From Solirubrobacteraceae bacterium (GTDB lineage Bacteria > Actinomycetota > Thermoleophilia > Solirubrobacterales > Solirubrobacteraceae): a stretch of DNA of 64,000 bases. Shown in pieces: positions 30,636 through 39,585 of this stretch. A program made the position numbers and the translations under genes. Position 1 is the stretch's first letter. Every line of letters starts with the position of its first letter. The stretch spans positions 11,517 to 75,516 of the forward strand of contig DASUIH010000049.1 of the NCBI GenBank assembly GCA_036279855.1. The letters are read 5' to 3'. Under the pieces are notes generated by a model. It made no database searches. It was given only the letters and a program-made list of their open reading frames with translations, and was not told the DNA's origin.

Positions 30636-32125
30636 GCACCCCGCTGGCCACCAGCTTTCTGCAGAGCGAAAGCTTCATCTATGTCCTGTACATAGTCGCC
30701 TTCGCGCTGTTCATCCAGGGCTTGCGAGGGCTCTCGGGACCGACGACCGCGGTCCGCGGGAACCGCATCGCGGCGGTCGGCATGGCGATCGCGGTCGTCG
30801 CGACGCTGTTGATACCGGCCGAGGGCAACTGGGGCCTGATCGCGCTTGGGATCGCGCTCGGCGTCGTTGTCGGGGTACCGGCCGCGCGGCAGGTGAAGAT
30901 GACGGCGATGCCGCAGATGGTGGCGCTATTCAACGGCGTCGGCGGTGGCGCGGTGGCGCTCATCTCCTGGGTCGAGTTCCGCAGTCACGGCTCCACCTAC
31001 GGCTCACATACCGTCCTGACCACCTACGAATCCGGCCCGTTCGTAGAACACTCGATCGTGCACACAGGCGCTCTGCCCACCTACGTGGCGATCTTCTCGG
31101 TGTTCGCCGCGATCGTCGGCTCGGTCTCCTTCTGGGGCTCGAACATCGCCTTCGGCAAGCTTCAGGAAATCCTGCCGGGCCGCCCGATCACGCTTGGCGC
31201 CGGCCAGCAGGTCGTGAACATGGTGCTGCTGGTGCTCGCGCTGGCGGCGGGTGTCGACCTGGTCGCCGGGGCTCACTCCGAACTGCTGTTCATCGGCATG
31301 TTGATTGTCGCTGCACTGCTGGGCAACGCGGTCGTGCTGCCGATCGGCGGCGCTGACATGCCGGTCGTCATCTCGCTGCTCAACGCCTTCACGGGGCTCT
31401 CTGCCGCCGCTACCGGCATGGCGCTGAACAACCCGGCGCTGATCGTCGCGGGCATGATCGTTGGCGCGTCGGGATCGATCCTGACCAACCTGATGGCGGT
31501 GGCGATGAACCGCTCGATCCCGTCGATCGTCGCCGGTGGCTTCGGCGGCGGTGGCGCGGTCGCCGGCGCCGTCGGCGCCGGCGAGCACCAAGGGACGGTG
31601 CGTTCCACCAGCGCGGCCGACGCCGCGATCCAGCTCGCCTACGCCAGCCGCGTCGTGGTCGTGCCGGGCTACGGCATGGCTGTCGCTCAGGCTCAGCACG
31701 CGGTGCGCGAGCTGACCAAGGAGCTTGAGGCCCGCGGGGTGGAGGTCAGCTACGCGATTCATCCCGTTGCCGGGCGCATGCCCGGCCACATGAACGTGCT
31801 GCTGGCCGAGGCCGACGTGCCTTACGACCAGCTCAAGGAGATGGACGACGCAAATCCCGAGTTTCAGCGCACCGACGTCTCGCTGGTGATCGGCGCCAAT
31901 GACGTCACCAACCCGGCGGCCAAGAACACGCCCTCCTCGCCGATCTACGGGATGCCGATCCTTGAGGTTGCCGACTCGCGTTCGGTGATCGTGATCAAGC
32001 GCTCCATGAATCCCGGCTTCGCCGGCATCGAGAACGAGCTGTACTTCGACCCGAAGACCTCGATGCTGTTCGGCGACGCCAAGTCGGCGGCGAGCGAGAT
32101 CACCGCCGAGCTCGCCGGCCTGTAG
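30632..32125 (+). CDS. pntB: NAD(P) transhydrogenase subunit beta
   Basis: MTAMPQMVA, IGGADMPVVIS, HPVAGRMPGHMNVLLAEA, GANDVTNPA. Confidence 0.97.
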   Translation: MSTPLATSFLQSESFIYVLYIVAFALFIQGLRGLSGPTTAVRGNRIAAVGMAIAVVATLLIPAEGNWGLIALGIALGVVVGVPAARQVKMTAMPQMVALFNGVGGGAVALISWVEFRSHGSTYGSHTVLTTYESGPFVEHSIVHTGALPTYVAIFSVFAAIVGSVSFWGSNIAFGKLQEILPGRPITLGAGQQVVNMVLLVLALAAGVDLVAGAHSELLFIGMLIVAALLGNAVVLPIGGADMPVVISLLNAFTGLSAAATGMALNNPALIVAGMIVGASGSILTNLMAVAMNRSIPSIVAGGFGGGGAVAGAVGAGEHQGTVRSTSAADAAIQLAYASRVVVVPGYGMAVAQAQHAVRELTKELEARGVEVSYAIHPVAGRMPGHMNVLLAEADVPYDQLKEMDDANPEFQRTDVSLVIGANDVTNPAAKNTPSSPIYGMPILEVADSRSVIVIKRSMNPGFAGIENELYFDPKTSMLFGDAKSAASEITAELAGL

Positions 32126-32391
32126 AGGGCCCTGCATCACCCGTCAGGGCTGCGCACACGCCCGCGTCGATCGACCGGCGGCTCCGTTGGCAAGCGGCTG
32201 ATAGCCGGCGTCTTACGCCAACTTGGCACGTATTGCAGACAACGCATGCCTTGTCATCGGAGTACGACGTGTCTTACATTCAACTGAGGAGAGGAGACAT
32301 AGGCATATAAGGGGTCAGTATTTCGGCGCAGGGGTGCACATCTTCGAGTCACAGATGGCTCGCGCTCGCGCTCGGGGCGCTGGCGCTGACG

Positions 32392-33363
32392 TTGCCGGCG
32401 GCGGTGGTCTACGGGGGGAAGGACGGGCCGCTGCCCTACCGGCAAGTGAGCGCCAGGTCGGCACCCCCGCCCCGAGCGAGTGCGAGCGTCGTTGGTGGGC
32501 AGAGCGCGTCGATCACACAGTTTCCATTTCAGGTGGCCCTGTACGACACACGCGCCGGGTCGGCCGCGGGCGGCTTCTTCTGCGGAGGGGTGATCGTCGA
32601 CGCCACCCACGTGGCGACGGCGGCCCACTGTGTCGCCGGCGCTCAGTCGAGCGCCGGACAGCTGGCGGCTCTGGCGGGATCGAGCAGCCTTGCCGGCGAA
32701 GCCGGTGAGCTGCGCGCCGCGGTGCGCTCGATCGCAATCGACCCTCACTACAGCGCCTCCAGCAGCTCATTCGACGTGGCCTTGCTGACGCTGGCCGAGC
32801 CGCTGTGGAGCGGCGCGCAGGCGCCGAACGCCGACGGCGCGGCACGGATAGCGCCGGTCACGCTCGATCGCGCCGGCGCGCAGGCTGCCGCCGATCCCAA
32901 CGCCTCGCCCGCGCCCACCGTTCTCGCCAGCGGCTGGGGCGATGTCAACCCGGCGCCCGGTCGTGTGCCTTCCTATCCGACGCGGCTGCGCTCGGTGCGG
33001 ATGGCGCTCGTGTCCGACTCGCTCTGCGAAGAACAGTACGCGGCGATCGAACAGCCGATCACGGCCAGCATGATCTGCGCCGGCGGCGGACGCACGCACC
33101 TGGACACGTGTTACGGCGACAGCGGCGGCCCGCTGCTGGCCGATCGCGATAGCCCGGCGCGCCCTCCACAGGATTACGTGCTCGTCGGGCTGGTCGACTT
33201 CGGCAACGGCTGTGCTCAGAGCGGCTACGCCGGCGTGTACACGCGTGTTGCCAACAGCGAGGTGATGGGCTTTCTGCTCTCCGGCATCGGTCGCGGGCCG
33301 CGCTCGGTAGCGGCACAGGCCAAGCACAAGAAGAAGAAGCGCAAGCGGCATCGCCACCGCTAG
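32392..33363 (+). CDS. Secreted trypsin-like serine protease (S1) with basic tail
   Basis: VVGG, CGG, TAAHC, DVALL, GDSGGP triad motifs; KHKKKKRKRHRHR tail; 5' end uncertain. Confidence 0.92.
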   Translation: MPAAVVYGGKDGPLPYRQVSARSAPPPRASASVVGGQSASITQFPFQVALYDTRAGSAAGGFFCGGVIVDATHVATAAHCVAGAQSSAGQLAALAGSSSLAGEAGELRAAVRSIAIDPHYSASSSSFDVALLTLAEPLWSGAQAPNADGAARIAPVTLDRAGAQAAADPNASPAPTVLASGWGDVNPAPGRVPSYPTRLRSVRMALVSDSLCEEQYAAIEQPITASMICAGGGRTHLDTCYGDSGGPLLADRDSPARPPQDYVLVGLVDFGNGCAQSGYAGVYTRVANSEVMGFLLSGIGRGPRSVAAQAKHKKKKRKRHRHR

Positions 33364-33387
33364 CGACGTGGCTGCAGGATGGGTGGC

Positions 33388-35064
33388 TCAGCGTAGGCGC
33401 GCCGGCGGCAGGTACCGGTACAGGCCGGGGCGCACCAACGTGGAGTTGCGGATTGTCCAGGCCGTGGTCGGCGTACAGTTGCGAGCAGCCCTACAGGGAC
33501 GCGACACGATCGCGAAACGCACGGCGCCGACGCGCACGAGCGCGCGCAGTTGCGCCACCGAGACGCGTATCCCGTCAACCGTGCGCAGGAACAGGACCGG
33601 CTGACCATCGTTGGCGATCAGGCCGACGACGGCCAGCGGATTGGTGGCTGCGGCCTCATAGCGGGCGCCGTCGCGGTGAGCGCGCAGGTAGGCGCTGTAC
33701 TGGTCGCCAGAGCCGGTCGGGTTGGCGTCGCTTGTGCGCGATTCGATCTCCTCGATCGACGCCCGCGCGGGGGCGGCCAGCGCCACCAGCAGCAACGCCG
33801 CCAGTGCGGGCGCGCGCACCGGTTGCCTGAGCATGCCCCCCGCGCGAGCGAGCAGGTAGGCGCCGGCCAGGCCGATCGTTGCCGCCACGGCCGGTGTCAG
33901 AGCTTCCAGGTAGCGCGGCTGGAGATGACCCATGAAGCTGAACAGCAGATAGCCGATCGCAAGCCAGACCAGCAGCGCCATCGCCAGCCAGCGGACGGTA
34001 CGCTGATCGCGGCCGCGCGCCGAGGCCAGAGGCCACAAGCGTCGGTCCGGGTCACGCAGCCACAGCGCCAGCGCCAGGCCCGCCAGCAGCAGGGCTACCA
34101 GCAGCCCGACCCCGACCAGGCGCGCGTAGTGGGGCTGGCCGCTGCCGAGCAGTCGCAGGGCGCCGGCCGGGGTATAGAAGCCGTATGGCGAGGATTCCCG
34201 GCTTTTCCCGGTCAGCCGTTCGATGCCGTTGTAGACGAAGATCGCGCGATAGATGCTGCCGGTGCGCGAGCCCTGCGGGAATGGTCGTGCGCTGAGCGGC
34301 GTCAGTGAGGCGGTGAAGGCCCACGCCATCGCCACCACAACCAGCGCAGCAGCCGAAGCGACGGCCAATCGTGCGCGTCGTCGCGGCTCGGCGGCGGCCC
34401 ACCACAACAGCGCCAGTGCCGGCAACGGCACCAGCGCCTGTAGCAGCTTGACGTTGAAGGCCAGCGCCACCAGTGCCGCGCTGGCCAACACCCAACGCTG
34501 GCGCCGGCCTTGCACGGCCACGATTGCAGCCCACAGCGCGGCTACGAGCAGCGCTGCCATGACCGAGTCCATCGTGTCGCTGCGGGCAGTCAGCACCGCC
34601 ACCGGCAGCATTGCCAGCGTCAGCGCCGCGAGGCTGCCAGCCAGGCGGCCACAGGCGCGCGTTATCGCCGCGTACAGCAGCGCCACGGCGGCGGTGCCGC
34701 CAAGCGCCTCGGGCAACGCCAACGCCGTGCGGTTGAATCCGAGCATCTTGGTGGCGGCGACCTGCAGCCACAGGTCGATCGGCGGCTTGTCGATCGCGAG
34801 CGTTGCGCCCGGGTCGATCGCGCCGAAGAAGAAATTGTGCCAAGACAGCCCCATGCTGCGCACGGCCGCGTCGTAGAAAGGGTTGGCCCGGGCTTGGTCG
34901 ATCGCCCACAGTCGCAGCAGCGCCGCCAGCGCGACGATTGCCACCGGCACGATCCAGCCGCGCCAGTCGCGCAGGCGTTCAGACGCTCGCCACTTGCTGC
35001 GCGCAGCCGCACCGAGCGGCGCGCTCGCGTCCGGGGATGGTGCGGGCTGTGGTCGGCGCGCCAT
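33388..35064 (-). CDS. GT39/ArnT-like integral membrane glycosyltransferase
   Basis: NPFYDAAVRSM..SWHNFFFG..IDKPP, many TMs; start set at ATG 35064. Confidence 0.85.
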   Translation of the reverse strand: MARRPQPAPSPDASAPLGAAARSKWRASERLRDWRGWIVPVAIVALAALLRLWAIDQARANPFYDAAVRSMGLSWHNFFFGAIDPGATLAIDKPPIDLWLQVAATKMLGFNRTALALPEALGGTAAVALLYAAITRACGRLAGSLAALTLAMLPVAVLTARSDTMDSVMAALLVAALWAAIVAVQGRRQRWVLASAALVALAFNVKLLQALVPLPALALLWWAAAEPRRRARLAVASAAALVVVAMAWAFTASLTPLSARPFPQGSRTGSIYRAIFVYNGIERLTGKSRESSPYGFYTPAGALRLLGSGQPHYARLVGVGLLVALLLAGLALALWLRDPDRRLWPLASARGRDQRTVRWLAMALLVWLAIGYLLFSFMGHLQPRYLEALTPAVAATIGLAGAYLLARAGGMLRQPVRAPALAALLLVALAAPARASIEEIESRTSDANPTGSGDQYSAYLRAHRDGARYEAAATNPLAVVGLIANDGQPVLFLRTVDGIRVSVAQLRALVRVGAVRFAIVSRPCRAARNCTPTTAWTIRNSTLVRPGLYRYLPPARLR

Positions 35065-35089
35065 CGGCGCCAGAGCGTACTCTGGCAAG
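35065..35089. promoter_or_regulatory. Candidate bidirectional leaderless promoter (GT39 / glpD)
   Basis: 25-bp gap; TACTCT 6 nt before GTG (+), TACGCT 9 nt before ATG (-); embedded in palindrome GCCAGAG-N4-CTCTGGC (35069-35086). Confidence 0.55.
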
Positions 35090-36859
35090 GTGATCGCGCG
35101 CGAAGATGCCTTGCAGGCAATGGCTGCCGAGGAGTTCGACCTGGTCGTTGTCGGCGGCGGCATCACCGGCGCCGGCGTTGCGCTTGACGCCGCATCGCGT
35201 GGCTACAGCGTCGCGCTGGTTGAGCGCGCCGACTACGCCTCGGGAACATCCAGCCGCTCCAGCAAGCTCGTGCACGGCGGCCTGCGCTACCTGCAGAACT
35301 TCGATCTGGGGCTCGTGCGCGAGGCGCTGCTTGAGCGTCAGCTGCTGGTGGCGCTGGCACCACACCTGGTGCGCCCACTGCCGCTGGTCGTTCCCGCCTT
35401 CGAAGGAGCGCGGCTGGACCGGCTGATGGGGGTGGGACTGAACCTCTACGACGTGATGTCGGTAGCCGACCGCCGCGCCGTCGGCGAGCGCCTGCGCTCG
35501 CGCCGAGGGCGTCGTACACGTGGGGATCGTGAGGTGGCCGAGCGTGACGCCGAAGCTGACGCCGGCGCCGTCACGGCCGTGCTTGAGCGCGGCGAATCGT
35601 GGAGCCCAGAGCGCCATCGGATCGTCTCCGGCGAGGAGGTGATGGAGCTGCTACCGGCGCTGGCCGGTCGCGATCCGACCAGCGGCTACCTGTTCTATGA
35701 CTGTCAGACCGACGACGCCCGCCTGGTCTTGACCGTGCTCGGTGAGGCCGAGCGCTTTGGCGCCGTTTGCGCCAATCGCGTGACGGCAACCGCGCTGTTG
35801 GAGCGTGACGGGCGTGCCTGTGGCGTGCGCGCGCGCGACGTCGAGGACGGCGCCGAGTTCGATTTGCGGGCTGTCAACGTGGTCAACGCTACAGGCGTCT
35901 GGGCGGACGGTCTACGGCCGCGCGACCGATCGGAGATCGGCCGGCGCGACGAGGACGAGCTGGATGAGGGGGTCCAAATCCGGCCGAGCCGGGGCACACA
36001 CCTGACGCTGCCGCACGAGCGCCTGCCGCTGGTGGCCGGCGCGATCGTGCCGGCAGGCGGCGGCCGCTCGATCTTCGCTCTGCCCTGGCTCGGACGAACC
36101 CTGATCGGCACTACCGACAACGATTACGAGGGACCGCTCGATCACATTGCGCCTTCTACTGAGGACGTCGCGTATCTGCTCGATGCGGTCAACGAGTTCT
36201 TCGGCTCGGATGTCGAGCCGGGCGAGGTGAGTGGAGCTTTCGCCGGGGTGCGGCCGCTGATCTCAAGCGGCGACAGCAAGAAGTCGGTGGACATCTCGCG
36301 CAAGGCTGAGCTGTACGAGACTTCCAGCGGCATGATCACGATCACCGGTGGCAAGCTCACCACCTGGCGGCGAATGGCCAAGGCGACCGTTGACAGGTTG
36401 GTCGAGCGCGAAGCGCGGGAGGCCCCATGTCGAACCGCTGAGATACCGCTCGGGCAGCCGGTCAACGGGCAGGACTTGCCTGTCCTCGCCGGCGTGCCCG
36501 ATTCCGCGCGCGCCGCGTTGGCCGGCCGCTACGGCTACGCCGCGCACGAGGTGCTGGCATTGGCCGGTGAGGATCCCCGGCTGGCGCGCCCGATCCAGCC
36601 GGGTCTACCCGACCTGATGGCCGAGGTGGTGCTGGCGGCGCGACGCGAGCAGGCACGCAGCATCGGAGACGTACTGTTGCGTCGTACCCGACTTGGCCTG
36701 TTGGCGGCGCGAGAGCTGTGCGAGCAGACAGGCACAGCGGTTGAGTCGGTTGGCGAGCTGCTTGGAGAGGAGCTCGGCTGGGATTTCGATCGCCGCCGAC
36801 GCGAGGTGCAGCGATTCCGCCGGGAGGCACGCGACGAGGGCATTGTGGTGGGCGCGTGA
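35090..36859 (+). CDS. glpD: FAD-dependent glycerol-3-phosphate dehydrogenase/oxidase
   Basis: VVGGGITG, GTSSRSSKLVHGGLRYL, NATGVWAD, GGKLTT; start set at GTG 35090. Confidence 0.93.
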   Translation: MIAREDALQAMAAEEFDLVVVGGGITGAGVALDAASRGYSVALVERADYASGTSSRSSKLVHGGLRYLQNFDLGLVREALLERQLLVALAPHLVRPLPLVVPAFEGARLDRLMGVGLNLYDVMSVADRRAVGERLRSRRGRRTRGDREVAERDAEADAGAVTAVLERGESWSPERHRIVSGEEVMELLPALAGRDPTSGYLFYDCQTDDARLVLTVLGEAERFGAVCANRVTATALLERDGRACGVRARDVEDGAEFDLRAVNVVNATGVWADGLRPRDRSEIGRRDEDELDEGVQIRPSRGTHLTLPHERLPLVAGAIVPAGGGRSIFALPWLGRTLIGTTDNDYEGPLDHIAPSTEDVAYLLDAVNEFFGSDVEPGEVSGAFAGVRPLISSGDSKKSVDISRKAELYETSSGMITITGGKLTTWRRMAKATVDRLVEREAREAPCRTAEIPLGQPVNGQDLPVLAGVPDSARAALAGRYGYAAHEVLALAGEDPRLARPIQPGLPDLMAEVVLAARREQARSIGDVLLRRTRLGLLAARELCEQTGTAVESVGELLGEELGWDFDRRRREVQRFRREARDEGIVVGA

Positions 36860-37761
36860 GCACTCGGCTGGTGCTGCGGGCCGGCATGCACACGCTCCAG
36901 GTTGGCGAGCGGCCGCTGTTGATGGGGGTCGTCAACGCCTCGGCCGACTCCTTCAGCGACGGTGGTCGTTATCGGACGCTGCAGCAGCGCGTCGAGCTGG
37001 CTGCCGAGCAACTGCGCGGCGGAGCCGACATCCTCGACGTCGGCGGCGAGTCGGCCAGCACCGATCGGCCGGCCGTCGCCGAGGCCGATGAGATCGAGCG
37101 AGTGGTTCCGTTGATCGCGCGACTCACCGGCGAACTTGGCGCGCTCGTCTCGATCGACACGTACAAGCCGGCTGTCGCCCGGGCGGCGATCGCCGCCGGG
37201 GCGTCGATCGTCAACGACGTCAGCGGGTTGCGCGACCCAGAGCTTGCACGAGTGTGCGCACAGACGGGGTCGGCGCTCGTATTGATGCACACACACGCGG
37301 CGCCCAAGCAACGCCTACAAGAGCCTGGGCTTTACGCGGATGTCATGCAGGACGTGCTCGACTTCATCGGCGAGCGGATCGAGGTTGCCATGCGGGCTGG
37401 AGTTGAGCGCGAGCAGTTGATTGTCGATCCCGGCCCCGATTTCGCCAAGACGCCGATGCAGACGATCGAGTTGTTGCATGCGTTGCCGCGCCTGCACGAG
37501 CTGGAACGGCCGGTGTTGATGGCGATCTCGCGCAAGGACTTCATCGGTGCCCTAACGCGGCGAGCGCCGCGGGAGCGGCTGGCGGGCACGTTGGCAGCGT
37601 TGGCCCACGGGCTCGAGGGTGGCGCCCAGTTGTTTCGCGTGCACGACGTTGCCGCGGCGGCAGATTTCATCGCGGTGCGCTCGGCTCTGCGCGGCGAGCG
37701 CGTCACCGACGGTGAGCTTGTGCTTGCCGAGGAGCTTCGTCACGACCGCACGCTCGGCTAG
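36856..37761 (+). CDS. folP: Dihydropteroate synthase
   Basis: MGVVN..DSFSDGG, DVGGES, SIDTYK, VNDVSG, DPGPDFAK, SRK, RVHDV. Confidence 0.95.
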   Translation: MSTRLVLRAGMHTLQVGERPLLMGVVNASADSFSDGGRYRTLQQRVELAAEQLRGGADILDVGGESASTDRPAVAEADEIERVVPLIARLTGELGALVSIDTYKPAVARAAIAAGASIVNDVSGLRDPELARVCAQTGSALVLMHTHAAPKQRLQEPGLYADVMQDVLDFIGERIEVAMRAGVEREQLIVDPGPDFAKTPMQTIELLHALPRLHELERPVLMAISRKDFIGALTRRAPRERLAGTLAALAHGLEGGAQLFRVHDVAAAADFIAVRSALRGERVTDGELVLAEELRHDRTLG

Positions 37762-37848
37762 GGTCTTACACGCAAATAGTGGGTGCCGGCTGCTGTCCAA
37801 CGCGGCCGGACGCCAACCGCCCTGGCCACATACACAAGGAGAAACAAG

Positions 37849-39048
37849 ATGACCGTGCTTGACCGCTCTGAGCTGGAGGCAAGCTCGCTAGCCGATCTGC
37901 ACCAGATCGCCGACCAGATCGGACTGGAGGGCTTTCGCCGTCTGCGCAAGGCCGACCTGATTGACACGATCCTCGGCGAGCCCGGCAGCGAGCCCGGCAG
38001 CGAGCCCGGCGGTGAGGTTGCTGATGAGCCCGATGGGAACGAGGGCGAGGCCGCTGAGCGCACCGCTCGCCCTGCCCGCCGTTCGCGTTCGCGCTCACGC
38101 TCTCCGCGCCGCGACGGGAGTGCTTCAGCCGGGCAGGACGACGTCGAGGCCGTGACCGACGGGGTTGTCGAGATCCTCGCCAACGGCTCGGCGCTGCTGC
38201 GCGTGAGCCTGCCGCAGGAGTCCGATCGCGACGTATACGTGTCGGCGGCGCAGGTGCGCCGCTGCGAGTTGGTGCCCGGCGACCGCGTCAGTGGCCCGAC
38301 GCGCCCGCCGCGGCGCTCAGAGCGCCATCCTTCGCTCGTACGAGTGGAGACGATCAACGGCGCGTCCGCCGACTCGGTCAGCGAGGGCACGCGCTATGAC
38401 GAGCTTGCCGTCGCGTATCCAAGCGAGCATCTGACCTTCGGCTCTGAGGACCCGACGTTGAAGGCGATCGAGTGGCTGACGCCGATCGGCCGGGGCTCGC
38501 GCGTGACGATTGTCGGAGCGGAGCGCTCGGGCAAGACCGAGGCGTTGCGGCAGATCGCGGTCGCGCTGAACGGGCGCGAGGGCCTGGAGCTGACACTGGT
38601 GCTGGCAGGGGCGCGGCCGGAGGAGGTAGCCGAGTGGGCCGACGGAGAGCTGGAGTTGGCAGCGGCGCTCAGCTTTGCCGCTTCGGCGGATGCCCAGGCG
38701 CAGGCGGTCGAGGCCGCCGTCGAGACGGCCAAGCGGCTCGCCGCGCGCGGCGCTGACGCCGTCGTTTTGATCGACGGGCTCGGAGGTCTGCACCCGCACG
38801 CCGCTCGCAAAGCGCTGGCCGCCGCTCGCAACTTGCGTGAGGGAGGCTCACTGACGGTGATCGCTACGGCGCCGACGCCGCTCGGCGGTGAGACGACCGT
38901 TATCGTGCTCGACGCGCTGTTGGCCGGCAGCGGTCGCTTTCCGGCGCTTGACCTGGTGCGTAGCGGCACGCTGCGGCCTGAGCTGCTGGTTGGCGAGGAT
39001 GGGGCTGCGGCGATCGCCCGCGCCCGTGCGGCCGCGATCGATGGCTAA
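37849..39048 (+). CDS. Rho-like protein with degenerate ATPase domain
   Basis: Rho N-terminal helical domain, RNA-binding OB domain (DVYVSAAQVRR..L.PGD.VSG), P-loop GAERSGKT, but catalytic and Q/R-loop motifs altered or missing; AAGGAG RBS. Confidence 0.85.
   Translation: MTVLDRSELEASSLADLHQIADQIGLEGFRRLRKADLIDTILGEPGSEPGSEPGGEVADEPDGNEGEAAERTARPARRSRSRSRSPRRDGSASAGQDDVEAVTDGVVEILANGSALLRVSLPQESDRDVYVSAAQVRRCELVPGDRVSGPTRPPRRSERHPSLVRVETINGASADSVSEGTRYDELAVAYPSEHLTFGSEDPTLKAIEWLTPIGRGSRVTIVGAERSGKTEALRQIAVALNGREGLELTLVLAGARPEEVAEWADGELELAAALSFAASADAQAQAVEAAVETAKRLAARGADAVVLIDGLGGLHPHAARKALAAARNLREGGSLTVIATAPTPLGGETTVIVLDALLAGSGRFPALDLVRSGTLRPELLVGEDGAAAIARARAAAIDG
37978..38013 (+). repeat. 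In-frame 12-bp tandem repeat x3 (EPGS-EPGS-EPGG)
   Basis: GAGCCCGGCAGC GAGCCCGGCAGC GAGCCCGGCGGT in the Rho-like linker. Confidence 0.8.
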
Positions 39049-39497
39049 CGGCGGTAGGCGACACGGCCCCAGGATGGCTCGGGGGCGAGCTCGATCGGCT
39101 CGCCGCCGCCGTCCTGCTGCACGTATACGAAGCTGCCCGTCTCCTCGATGAAGCAGAACTCCAGCTCTCCCTCGTTGACGCGCTGGTCGAGCCAAGCGCT
39201 GCGGAACACGAGCCGGCGCAACCAGTGCACGAGCGAGCGCTCGGCCGGGCCGACCAGGTCAGGCCAGCAATCGTTGACGTGCTCGCCCAGTTCGGAGGCC
39301 GGGTCGGAGACGTCGCCGTTGACGGCCAGGTTCACGAGGTCCTCCAGCTCGTCCTCGCCAAGACGGCCGCCAACGAAGCCGAGCTTGAGCGCCGCCTGCT
39401 CGCAGCGCTCGGAGAAGTCGCGCTCGTTGAAGGTGAAGCGCAGGTCGCCGTATTCGAGAACGAAGTCCTGGCCGGAGTCGTAGTTGCCTCGCCGCAT
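39045..39497 (-). CDS. Hypothetical acidic protein
   Basis: Protein-like composition (DFVLEYGDLRFTFNERDF..HWLRRLVFRSAWLD); start set at ATG 39497. Confidence 0.7.
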   Translation of the reverse strand: MRRGNYDSGQDFVLEYGDLRFTFNERDFSERCEQAALKLGFVGGRLGEDELEDLVNLAVNGDVSDPASELGEHVNDCWPDLVGPAERSLVHWLRRLVFRSAWLDQRVNEGELEFCFIEETGSFVYVQQDGGGEPIELAPEPSWGRVAYRR

Positions 39498-39585
39498 CGC
39501 GTCGGGATCATAAGTTGAACTCCTTTGCCGCCGTCCAGTCTGCACGGGATTTTGCAGGTGCGCGAGCTATACGCTCCAGGCTGAG

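Noticed and set aside
34883-35166. Apparent head-to-head overlap of the GT39 gene and glpD; likewise lon/HxlR and yihY/sigma-like ORFs
   Set aside because: Artefacts of longest-ORF calling; they disappear with the reassigned starts.
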